This document shows, in pieces, positions 1 to 9,500 of a DNA stretch of 64,000 nucleotides. The stretch spans positions 17,112 through 81,111 of the forward strand of contig JAHOYZ010000006.1 in NCBI GenBank assembly GCA_019038695.1, read 5' to 3'. Source of the DNA: Candidatus Zixiibacteriota bacterium. GTDB lineage: Bacteria; Zixibacteria; MSB-5A5; GN15; FEB-12. A model generated the notes under the pieces. The model was not told the origin of the DNA and did no database searches. It worked only from the letters and a program-made list of their open reading frames with translations. The translations under genes were made by a program, and so were the position numbers. Position 1 is the first letter of the stretch; each line of letters begins with the position of its first letter.

Positions 1-1259
1 AATATGGAATCATACCCTATGACAATAGCCGGGCGAGGTTCCTCGTAGTAAAGACGACTGGGATCACCCCAAACAGCTCGCAAGTCCGCTAATGATGACC
101 CTACTCCTATGGGCGGGGTGGTATTGGTCTGCCCTTGATACGACGTGTTTACAATGACTCCATAGACACTCGAAGTATCATATAACTGCCGGTCTTGATC
201 GCGATCGTACAGCATCACTACCACACCCAGAGTACTCTCGTAGTTCACATACATAATACTGTGACCCTCATACGTATCGACCGATGCAGGCTGGCCATTG
301 AAGGCGACTACCTGTTCGTAGGTGTCGTCAAAAAGAATATACTGTGTCTGCCCGTACGCTCCGGGAACGAGAGCGTCTGTCCGAATATCTGCATAAACGG
401 ACGGAATTCCGGTGATATTTAGACGGATCAGCGCCCGGTTATAATTGCCGGTGAATCCATAAGTGAACTCGGTCACACCTGTACTATCCGTTAATATGCT
501 CCTTGGATCAAGGGATCCGTCCCCAGCCACCAGGGATAGCTGGATCTGCTGGTTTATCAAGTAGTGGCCGCTATCGTCTACAACCGCAAATTGCATTGGC
601 AAGTGAGTTGTGCTGTCCTCCATTATCCCCTTGAAATACAATCCGTTAAGGGGCTCAATTGCACTGCGAGAGGATAGCGTAAGCCAGATCATTGCCGTGT
701 CATTACCATAGACGCTGTAGGCGATCACCCGGTACCAGGCTCCCTGCACAGGAGAGATTATGACATTCCCCAAATCGGGATCGTCGACACGCCCTACTCC
801 CTGGTCTATCACAAGTGAATCCGCCCTGATTGTCTTCCATGAGAGCGTACTTGTCTGATCCGCAACAACCCGGAGAGGAAAGAAAGCCACATCAATAATT
901 TCAGCCGCGGCCGAAAACATGGTCACGGATACGGAAGCCGAATCTACCCCATAAGTATTATATGCCACCAATGAGTATGTCGTCGGGTACTCTAGATTGA
1001 CCGCAATCGAACCACTATCGTTTTCACCTGGCAAGAGTATCGTATCAAGTGGCAACAACCACAACGAATCGGTTCGGAGTGTTCTCCATGACAGGGTCGT
1101 TTGGCTGCCAGGGTCAATGTCCTGTGGTTGAGCAATAAATGACGATATTTCCGGAATCTTTTTGTCAGGACCGTTGGGAGGATTATCACCACATGCCAGC
1201 CCCAACACGACAAGACATACTGCTAATACCGTAGCTATCAAAGAGATAATACGTCTCAC
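1..1259 (-). CDS. Secreted (lipo)protein with tandem Ig-like repeats; its C-terminal part lies beyond the left window edge
   Basis: Absent from the ORF track because no stop lies inside the window. Hand translation of the minus strand from GTG (1259-1257) gives (M)RRIISLIATVLAVCLVVLGLACGDNPPNGPDKK... and I verified it stays open to base 1 (419 codons). It has a signal peptide ending in Cys. Two ~85-aa repeats share T[TS]LSW[RK]T[LI]R[TA]DSL. Confidence 0.6.
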   Translation of the reverse strand, partial: MRRIISLIATVLAVCLVVLGLACGDNPPNGPDKKIPEISSFIAQPQDIDPGSQTTLSWRTLRTDSLWLLPLDTILLPGENDSGSIAVNLEYPTTYSLVAYNTYGVDSASVSVTMFSAAAEIIDVAFFPLRVVADQTSTLSWKTIRADSLVIDQGVGRVDDPDLGNVIISPVQGAWYRVIAYSVYGNDTAMIWLTLSSRSAIEPLNGLYFKGIMEDSTTHLPMQFAVVDDSGHYLINQQIQLSLVAGDGSLDPRSILTDSTGVTEFTYGFTGNYNRALIRLNITGIPSVYADIRTDALVPGAYGQTQYILFDDTYEQVVAFNGQPASVDTYEGHSIMYVNYESTLGVVVMLYDRDQDRQLYDTSSVYGVIVNTSYQGQTNTTPPIGVGSSLADLRAVWGDPSRLYYEEPRPAIVIGYDSI

Positions 1260-1320
1260 TTAAACTTGCCTATTACTTGAATTCGCGTTGTTTCCGGTGC
1301 TGACACTCTATTCGTCCAAC

Positions 1321-1989
1321 CTACCGGAAATAATACCGCAGGGCTGCACCCAAATTCAGGTACTGCGGTCGATCCTTGGAGCCCCACAGATTGTAGTTGT
1401 TCATCGAGGAGATCGTCACAAACGAACGCGATTGGGGAGCCTGGTATATCTTCAGGTCCGCACCGAAATTGAGGCTGACCGCTACCTTGAGCTGCGAATC
1501 ATCATCATACCCCTCTTCAGCATACGACGTAAACCCGGCCTGAACTCCGGCCCCCACATACGGAGATGCGATCTTCCGGCTGAGATCAAACAACATGTAG
1601 TTAGCATTGAATTCAATATCATACTGCCGGTAGGTGAATCTGGCAACTTGCTCTCGGATCCAATCTTGCGCGTTATGCTCGGTAAATCGAAATCCAATCA
1701 TAATCAGCATGTGCCGGTTGTACAACGTACCGTAATCAAACCCGACATACCAGGTGGGATCAAACACAGATTCGGCATCAACATTATCCAAAATCTCTCC
1801 CTGGCTGTTTTGAATCCCTACGTCAATAAGTCCAACCCAGTCATACTCGCCGTGGGGTTCGGCATATCCGCCATAGAAATTTAGCATATTGTACTTACGA
1901 GGTGACTTGGCAATTCCGCCTTCAGTCTGAGGCGCAACAGTAAGCAATAGTATTAACACCAACATTCCGGCCAGAATAAATCGGGACAT
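1321..1989 (-). CDS. Outer-membrane beta-barrel protein (family not assigned)
   Basis: 222-aa ORF with signal peptide MSRFILAGMLVLILLLTVAPQTEG. It shows alternating aromatic/hydrophobic strand-like segments and a C-terminal LGAALRYYFR aromatic end typical of OMP barrels. Confidence 0.5.
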   Translation of the reverse strand: MSRFILAGMLVLILLLTVAPQTEGGIAKSPRKYNMLNFYGGYAEPHGEYDWVGLIDVGIQNSQGEILDNVDAESVFDPTWYVGFDYGTLYNRHMLIMIGFRFTEHNAQDWIREQVARFTYRQYDIEFNANYMLFDLSRKIASPYVGAGVQAGFTSYAEEGYDDDSQLKVAVSLNFGADLKIYQAPQSRSFVTISSMNNYNLWGSKDRPQYLNLGAALRYYFR

Positions 1990-2106
1990 ATCAACTCCTC
2001 TATTATTATTTCTGAACTACTACCAGCAGGTCCATTCTTTGTACCCTCAGAGTCATTATCGGCACCAGATTTCTCAATATCTGTCGATTCTATATATAAA
2101 TAGCTA

Positions 2107-2134
2107 TTGCCGATCACAAAAGTACAATTATATT
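2107..2134 (+). promoter_or_regulatory. Possible sigma70-type promoter for the hbd-like/ackA pair
   Basis: TTGCCG (2107-2112), a 16-nt spacer, then TATATT (2129-2134), about 90 nt upstream of the ATG at 2225. Pattern match only. Confidence 0.25.
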
Positions 2135-2224
2135 TGCCGGTGATTTGTCCACCGAGCAATACGATAAGGCGGACAAGACTGGTACGAATTGTACAGACAC
2201 GGCTTGCAGAAAGGAACACTGGCT

Positions 2225-3133
2225 ATGCCGTCGACAAAAATAATGATTATCGGTGCCGGACGAATGGGTCAAGGCTTGGCCGAAGCAATTGCGACTGAGG
2301 GTACCGATGTCACTCTCATGGACCTGACCACTCGCCTCGCCGAACGAGGTATCAAGGGTATCTCAGAAAGCATGAACCGCGAGATCGAAAAATGGGGTCT
2401 GACCGAATCGGATAAGAAAGCCATCCTGGCGCGCATCTTTCCGTCGTCGGATTTGTCGCTGGCCGATGAAGCAGAGATCGTTATTGAGGCTATACCCGAG
2501 AAGCTCAATTTGAAACGCGATCTGTTTCAGAAACTCGACACCATCTGCCCGGACGACTGCCTGATAATCACTAACACAGGCACTATCTCAGTTTCGGAGA
2601 TCGCTGAGGCCACTCAACGCCCGGAAAAAATAATCGGGATGCACTTTCTCAACCCGGTTACAAAAGTTCCACTGGTAGAGATCGTCCGAGGACTCAAGAC
2701 CGATGAAGAGACTTTTCAGAAGGCAGTCGAGTTCGCATCAATTCTTGGCAAGGGGTATATCTCAGTAAACGAGTATCCCGGTTATGTCACCACCCGGATC
2801 ATTGTACCAATGTTAAACGAGGCGATGCATGTCCTTATGGAAGGAGTTGCCACGGCTGAAGACATTGATCGTGCCATGAAACTGGGCTTTGGTTTCAATG
2901 TCGGACCTCTTACGATGGCCGACCAGACCGGTCTGGATGTGGTCATGTCGTGGATGCAGAACCTGATTGATGAACTCTCTGACCACAAGTACAACCCCTG
3001 TCCGCTACTGCGCAAAATGGTCAGGGCAGGACATCTCGGTGTTAAGACCGGCAGTGGCTTCTTCAAATATGACAAAGACGGCAATAAGATTCGCCATAAC
3101 CACGAGGTAATTTCGGCGCAGGTCAAGGCATAG
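2225..3133 (+). CDS. 3-hydroxyacyl-CoA (3-hydroxybutyryl-CoA) dehydrogenase family protein
   Basis: Rossmann motif KIMIIGAGRMGQGLA, plus HFLNPVTKVPLVEIVRG and the C-terminal dimerisation region GPLTMADQTGLDV. The ORF opens at TTG 2189, but ATG 2225 is preceded by AAGGAA and gives the canonical N-terminus. Confidence 0.85.
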   Translation: MPSTKIMIIGAGRMGQGLAEAIATEGTDVTLMDLTTRLAERGIKGISESMNREIEKWGLTESDKKAILARIFPSSDLSLADEAEIVIEAIPEKLNLKRDLFQKLDTICPDDCLIITNTGTISVSEIAEATQRPEKIIGMHFLNPVTKVPLVEIVRGLKTDEETFQKAVEFASILGKGYISVNEYPGYVTTRIIVPMLNEAMHVLMEGVATAEDIDRAMKLGFGFNVGPLTMADQTGLDVVMSWMQNLIDELSDHKYNPCPLLRKMVRAGHLGVKTGSGFFKYDKDGNKIRHNHEVISAQVKA

Positions 3134-3136
3134 ATC

Positions 3137-4342
3137 ATGAATATTCTAGTAATCAATTGCGGCTCGTCATCGGTGAAATATCAATTCATCGACACTGAGA
3201 CAGAAGTTGCCCTGGCCAAGGGTACCGTAGCACGGATAGGCATGTCTGCCTCACTGTTGACCCACAAACCTCACGACCGCGAACAGACCGTGATCTCGGC
3301 CCAGATTCTTGACCATATCCAGGCGGTCGAACACGTGATCAACATCCTGCTATCGGAAAAGCACGGAGTGATCAAGGACCGCTCGGAGATCCACGCCATC
3401 GGTCATCGGGTGGTTCATGGCGGTGAAAAGTTCAGTGATTCAGTGCTGATCACTCCCGAATTGATGAGAGAATTGCGCGACCTGATCGAACTCGCTCCCC
3501 TGCACAACCCGCACAATATTCGTGGTATCAATGCCTGCCGGAAGACTCTGGAGGGTGTCCCGCAAGTAGCCGTGTTCGACACTTCTATGCACAGCAAGAT
3601 GCCCGACTACGCCTATATATACGGCCTCCCATACGTCATGTACAAGCGTTACGGTATTCGCCGTTATGGCTTCCACGGTATGTCGCATCGCTATGTTTCC
3701 CTCCAGGCAGTCGACATGATAGGCCGCCCCATAGAAGAAATAAAGATGATCACCTGCCATCTGGGCAATGGAGCCTCAATCGCGGCTCTCGATGGTGGCG
3801 TTTCGATCGACACTTCAATGGGGTTCACTCCACTGGAAGGACTCTTGATGGGCACCCGTACCGGGGATATGGATCCGGCGATTATCCTGCACATCATGGC
3901 GCGGGAAGAACTGACTCTGCACGAAGCCAACACCTTGCTCAATAAGCATTCAGGATTGCTCGGGATTTCCGGCGTCTCAGCAGACATGCAGGAAATAACC
4001 TCAGCCGCCATAAGCGGGCACAGCAACGCTCAACTGGCTTTTGAGGCCTACTGCTATCGTATCCGAAAGTACATCGGTGCCTACACCGCGGCTCTGGGAG
4101 GTCTGGACGCGGTGGTCTTCACAGGGGGGATCGGCGAAAACTCCATGCGTGTGCGTCGTGCTGTCTGCACCGGATTCGACTACCTTGGCATGACAATTGA
4201 CGCCAACAAGAACAATGCCGTCGATGGTAATGAGCATGATATTTCTTCCGATGATTCCCGGGTCAAGACACTGGTAATACCCACCAATGAAGAATTGGTT
4301 ATCGCTCGCGACACGAAACGGATTATTGAGCAGTCAGCATAG
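3137..4342 (+). CDS. ackA: Acetate kinase
   Basis: N-terminus MNILVINCGSSSVKYQ, plus HRVVHGG, FDTSMH, GFHGMSH and VFTGGIGENS motifs. Full length is 401 aa. Confidence 0.93.
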   Translation: MNILVINCGSSSVKYQFIDTETEVALAKGTVARIGMSASLLTHKPHDREQTVISAQILDHIQAVEHVINILLSEKHGVIKDRSEIHAIGHRVVHGGEKFSDSVLITPELMRELRDLIELAPLHNPHNIRGINACRKTLEGVPQVAVFDTSMHSKMPDYAYIYGLPYVMYKRYGIRRYGFHGMSHRYVSLQAVDMIGRPIEEIKMITCHLGNGASIAALDGGVSIDTSMGFTPLEGLLMGTRTGDMDPAIILHIMAREELTLHEANTLLNKHSGLLGISGVSADMQEITSAAISGHSNAQLAFEAYCYRIRKYIGAYTAALGGLDAVVFTGGIGENSMRVRRAVCTGFDYLGMTIDANKNNAVDGNEHDISSDDSRVKTLVIPTNEELVIARDTKRIIEQSA

Positions 4343-4371
4343 GAACGACTGTTTTCTTGAGAGGTTAAACC

Positions 4372-5142
4372 TTGAACGACGACCTGTACTCGAAGCCACG
4401 ATACTACCATCTTGCCTTTCAAGAGGCTTACAAATACGAGAAAAGGACAATCAAAGACTGCTTTTCCCGTCACGTATCATTTCCAGTCAAGCGAGTGATG
4501 GAGGTTGCCTGCGGTACGGGACGGATGTTGGTGGCTCTACCGCCATTAGGCTATCACGTCACTGGCTACGACCTGAGCACTGAAATGGTTGAGTACTCTA
4601 TCGAGAGAACAAGGAAAGCAGAACTCGAAGAGTCTGTGATTGTCGTCCAGGGTGACATGGCCAGTATTACATTCGATGACAAATTCGATGCCGCTATCAA
4701 CCTGATAAACAGCATTGGCTATCTGCATTCCGACGAGGACATACTGAGTCACCTGAGGAACACTGCCGATGCTCTCAATAGCGGAGGTGTGTATCTGGTT
4801 TGTCTTGGTTGTGGCGACGATGAACCAGGTTCCGGCAGCTGGCCTATTAAAGGCAATAATGTGAAAGGTACTGCAACCTGGGGCGTTACCAAATCGGATA
4901 CGGAGAAGAAGCTGAGCTATCAGTACTTCCAGATGGAGGTTGTTGACAATAGCACTGAGGTGTCCTTCCGTGACGAACATATTCTGCGTTTGTGGTCCTA
5001 CGACGATTTCAAACGGCTGGTTAAAGAATCCGGCAGATTTGTTCTTGAGGCGATCTATGACGAAGGCGGAAAACCCGTCCCACCGGAAACTAATATCACC
5101 AGTGAAACGGGCAATCTCTTCTACGTTCTAAAAGTACGGTAG
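4372..5142 (+). CDS. Class I SAM-dependent methyltransferase
   Basis: Motif I VMEVACGTGRM, an acidic loop GYDLS, and motif post-I QGDMASI. TTG start. Confidence 0.75.
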   Translation: MNDDLYSKPRYYHLAFQEAYKYEKRTIKDCFSRHVSFPVKRVMEVACGTGRMLVALPPLGYHVTGYDLSTEMVEYSIERTRKAELEESVIVVQGDMASITFDDKFDAAINLINSIGYLHSDEDILSHLRNTADALNSGGVYLVCLGCGDDEPGSGSWPIKGNNVKGTATWGVTKSDTEKKLSYQYFQMEVVDNSTEVSFRDEHILRLWSYDDFKRLVKESGRFVLEAIYDEGGKPVPPETNITSETGNLFYVLKVR

Positions 5143-5174
5143 CACCCCCCTACGCCCTACCGCGTCCGAATATC

Positions 5175-6407
5175 TCAGTTATCAAACTCGACGTGTGAGA
5201 AATCTTCCCAATCGATCTCAACTTCGTCGTCGTCAGTATCGATAAAAACACCTCGATTGTCACCATCCACATCGTTTGAGCCACGAAGGCGGAACGTCCG
5301 GCCATCCTTCATCGTTACTATCGACGAACGGTAGGATCGCTTCTCTATCTTGGCAATCAGGCCGAACTCGACGTCAAACTCAACGTCGCGATATTCGCCA
5401 TCAAGAATCTCCCAGGTATACTCCTCGTCGTCATCCCAGCGAATATCGCCGGTGAAACTTTCACCGTCCTCGGTATGCACAGTACCACGAATCCTGTGAC
5501 CGCCATCAAATTCATCGTAGCCAACCTGACGTGGAGCCTCGGAGAAATCAATGCGGTCGAATTCATCCCACTCCACCACGACCTGTCCGAAACCCGGGTC
5601 AGAGATTGTAATTCCGCGGTTGTCATCGTCCACATCGTTGGACCCCCGCAAAACCATTTCATCTCCGTTGGTCAAGGTAATCGTCGCCCCACTGGAAGAA
5701 TAACGCTCAATCGAACTGATCTTGCCAAACTTTATTTTGCGGTCGCGTCGACGATCTTCACCGTCCAGAATATCTGTCGTGAAAAGCTCATCCACATCCC
5801 AGCAAACATAGCCGGTGTACTCATCGCCGCGACGGGTGGTCAGCTTACCATACAAGCGTTTGCCAAAATTCGATTCAAGGTTCGATCCTGCCGTACTAAA
5901 GTCAATCTTCTCAATATCGTCCCAGACCAGTTCGATCTCTCCCTCATGGTCGTCCTCGATTATGATCTCTCTGATGCTGGAGCCGATGTCGGTTGAGCCG
6001 TTATTGAGTTCAACTTCGTCCCCTGATTTCAGTATCAGCAATACGGCGTCATCGTCCACAACTTCCATAGTCCTGATGTGACCAAAGCGGATCCCCGACT
6101 GGGCGCTCGATGACCAATTCCACGAGTTGGACCCCTCGCCTATCTTGATTCCGAAAATCTCAATCGATGTCTCTCGATCACGACGGCTGCGTTTGGACCT
6201 TCTTGACTTGGATTTGGGCTGGTCCTTGTTGCCGTTGAGCACATCCACCCAGTTGGCCTCGTTCTTATCCCAGCGAATCAAACCCTCAAAAACATCCCCA
6301 TCCGTAGTTGTAATCTTGCCGTAGATGCGACCGTTGCTTTCCGCGGCAATCACGCTGCCGACCAGCAACAGGGCAACAATCGTCAGAAGAAGAGTCATCC
6401 TAGACAT
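5175..6407 (-). CDS. Secreted, highly acidic protein built from three ~108-aa repeats (unknown family)
   Basis: The ORF opens at 6452, but ATG 6407 follows GGAGGA by 8 nt and yields signal peptide MSRMTLLLTIVALLLVGSVIAAE. Three repeats each contain [YR]GK[IL]TT..GD.[FY][TE]G.[IV].WD and L.[RN]GS[NT]D[VI].....[RG].[IF]I.....[EQ][IV].[IVL].W[DE][DE]F..[IV][DE]F. Repeat 1 carries a basic insert KSKSRRSKRSRRDRE. Confidence 0.6.
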   Translation of the reverse strand: MSRMTLLLTIVALLLVGSVIAAESNGRIYGKITTTDGDVFEGLIRWDKNEANWVDVLNGNKDQPKSKSRRSKRSRRDRETSIEIFGIKIGEGSNSWNWSSSAQSGIRFGHIRTMEVVDDDAVLLILKSGDEVELNNGSTDIGSSIREIIIEDDHEGEIELVWDDIEKIDFSTAGSNLESNFGKRLYGKLTTRRGDEYTGYVCWDVDELFTTDILDGEDRRRDRKIKFGKISSIERYSSSGATITLTNGDEMVLRGSNDVDDDNRGITISDPGFGQVVVEWDEFDRIDFSEAPRQVGYDEFDGGHRIRGTVHTEDGESFTGDIRWDDDEEYTWEILDGEYRDVEFDVEFGLIAKIEKRSYRSSIVTMKDGRTFRLRGSNDVDGDNRGVFIDTDDDEVEIDWEDFSHVEFDN

Positions 6408-6545
6408 GGTTATTTTCCTCCATAAGCCGTTATCGTTCTTCTCATCTATCATGGTGTACGATAACCTGGCCGGAAGGGTTCACCGGGGAGGCATTTTTTG
6501 TCGACTATTCATCGCAGTAAAATGCGATTTGAACCGGGTATCTCT

Positions 6546-9500
6546 CTATCGTACCAAGGCCATCTTGCCTACGGCTGTGAAATTCTCGCCTACAAGGCGG
6601 TAGAAATAGATGCCTGAAGGAGCCTCATGACCACCATCAATCTGAGCATCCCATGAAACTGAATGGCAGCCGGCCGAGTGGACATCATTGACCAGAACAT
6701 CAACCAGGCGACCCAGGATGTTGTAGACCTCAAGCCGTACCAGTCCCCTTCGTGGCAGTTCGTAGTCGATGACAGTACCAGCATTAAACGGATTGGGGTA
6801 GTTCTGACCAAGGCTGACTTCCTGCGGGAGTTGATCAGGCACTGTCCCGTAGACAGGCGTTGAGCTACTGATCTCAATCTCGCCGTTGATCGTTATCGGC
6901 GTTAGCTCGGAGCCTAAGAAAGTCATTATGTAGGGGTATACACTACCGTTATCATACTTATCCAAACCAGTTGTAATGCCGTCGCCGACAGCTGTGAAGT
7001 GTACTTCGCCGAGAATATAATTACCCGATGCTAAATACTCCTCGGAATCGGTGCTACTGAAGCTAAGAGAGAATAGCTGCTCTCCCTCGTTGATACTGTA
7101 TGTCTGGTCCATGAAGGCAGGCAAGCTGGAGCCAAACACGAAGGAATCAACAACCATCTCTGTCTGGGTATAGTGATATGGCAGAAACAGCTCAGATATC
7201 TGTGATATAACCGACAGTGTCATCAGAGCTACACCTTGCTCATCGGGCACCACATTGGTCGGCTCGATTCGTACGGTATCCACGAAATCCGGTTCAATCA
7301 ACTTCTCAATCTGGATCGTGCCATTGATAGTTGTCGGTGTCAGTTCGGTACCGTAGACCGATATCGTGTATGGATACAAAAGGCTGTTGTTGACCGTGTT
7401 CAAACTGGTAGTCAGACCATTATCTACGGCCGTGAAGTACACCTCTCCAACCACATACTGGCCAGGTCCCACAAAGAATCCGGGGATCATGCTGGCGATT
7501 TCAATTGAGAGCATCGCCGTTTCAGTATCAATTTGATGTGAGTTGTCCATGAACACCGGTAGGCTCGAACTAAAAACAAAGGAATCCACAACAATGGCAT
7601 TCGGGTTATAGCTATAGGGAACAAATAACTCGTACAAGTCAGATGTCACCGACAGGGACATCTGGGCTGAACCGTGTTCAAATGGCAACAGGTTTGCAGG
7701 TGCAATACGAACCGTATCCGCATAATCAGGTTCTATCAGCTCTTCGATCTGGATATCACCGCTGATTGTCACGGGTGTTCGCATTGTACCCGACACGGTT
7801 TCTATCCTTGGATACAGGCTATCATTGTTGAGAGTGTCCAGAGAGGTTGTTACACCATCCGTCACGGCCGTAAAATAGACATTGCCGAGTAAGTAGTCAC
7901 CCAATCCCAAGGACATATCGGGGATCATACTGGTAAGGCGTATCGAGAATGCTGCCTGGGCAACATCATCCTGGTATATTTTATCCATATGCAACGGTAG
8001 GCCAGAGCCGAAAACAAAAGAATCAACTACGATCGCCGTCGGGTCGTAATGATAGGGTACGAACAATTCAGCAACATTCGATGTCGCCACTATAGTAATC
8101 GCGGTCGTTCCCTCAGCATAAGGAGCTACGTTGGTCGGCGATGTACCGACCGTATCTACGAAGTCTTCAATATACTCAAGCTCAAGGTCAAGACGAGTCG
8201 ACCCATTAAACGCAGAACCATCAACGAAGTCGACATATGTATCCCATGTCCCCGGCACCAGTCCGGAGGGATCAATTGACAGCACGACAACATCGTCATT
8301 CGCGCCCTGATAGTGGTCCAGTACCAACCAATCATGTTGTGGGAATGCTTCCCAGTCAGCAACACCACCACCGTGGTTCTCAAGAACCACAAAAGTATCA
8401 AGCACACCAGGCTCGTGGCTGGACAGACTCATTGTCTGTGGCTCAACATGGATAAGCGGAATATCATTGCGAACGCTCAATAATACGTAGAGAGTGGCCG
8501 GCGAATTGTCCGCTCCATAGGACTCAATTGTAACAGCAGCCGCGTAGTTCCCGGCCGACATACCAATTGAATTGACCTGGACCTCCAGCGTAGATGGTGC
8601 TGTTCCCGATGATTCTGTCAATTCCACCCATGAAACACTCTCAGACGCATTCCAGTCAAGAATCCCCACACCAACATTAGTGATTTCAACCGAGCAGGTT
8701 ACGGTCGTATCCATACCCTCCAGCGTGGTCACAGATACGCTCGCCGCCGACAGTTCAAGAACCGCCGATTCAACTTCCAGACGCACGGCAACCAGGGCGC
8801 TCGAGTCGTGGTTGATCGTATCAATAAACATTATGGTTCCGATATAGGTTCCGGATATCAGTGTGTCGGAAGCCATCGTCACTCCCACAGAGTCCGGAGT
8901 TTCACCCGCCGGCGGTGTGATGCTAATCCAGTTGTTATAAGAAAATGCCTTGAAGCCCAGCCGATTATAGCCGGCATGTTCAACCGATACGTACTGAACC
9001 GGTGGCACACCGCCGCCATGCTCCATCTCAAAATCAAGTGAAGTTGGCGACACTACCAGTTCGGGATCGTTGTATCGCGCAATGGATGCGAAAATGTCAT
9101 AATTGCCGTTGCGACGATCAACCCAGGTGACATATCGATGCGTTCCGTCAAGAGCAATATCCGGTTTCATCTTGGTACTATCACCCGAAGTATCCGCGAC
9201 AAAGTCGACCTCCCGTACGAGTCCATCGACGTCAATCATCTGCCCCATTATTCGCCATGTCGGCGATGTCGAATCGGACCAGACAATCCCCACATTACCC
9301 ATTCGGTCGGCACCGATGGCGGGATATTTCTGAGCCCGAGTCGTGGTATCCGTATTAAGCCGCATGTTTCCGGTTGCAGATGTCATGTTGGTGTCAAACT
9401 TGGCCCCGTAGATGTCCGGATTGCTGGGATACGCACCGTTGCGATAGTCCAGCCAGACAACGGTGAAGTTTCCCTCGCCGTCGGTAGCTACATCGGGAAA

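Noticed and set aside
1288-1884. 198-aa plus-strand ORF overlapping the OM-barrel gene
   Set aside because: It is the antisense partner of an ORF that has a clear signal peptide and an OMP-type C-terminus. It has no SD or motifs of its own.
5143-5174. GTAGCACCCCCCTACGCCCTAC between convergent genes as a further REP copy
   Set aside because: It contains GTAG/CTAC words but lacks the hairpin arms and the AACCC...GGTTC core shared by the six convincing copies. It is too short and too degenerate to call.
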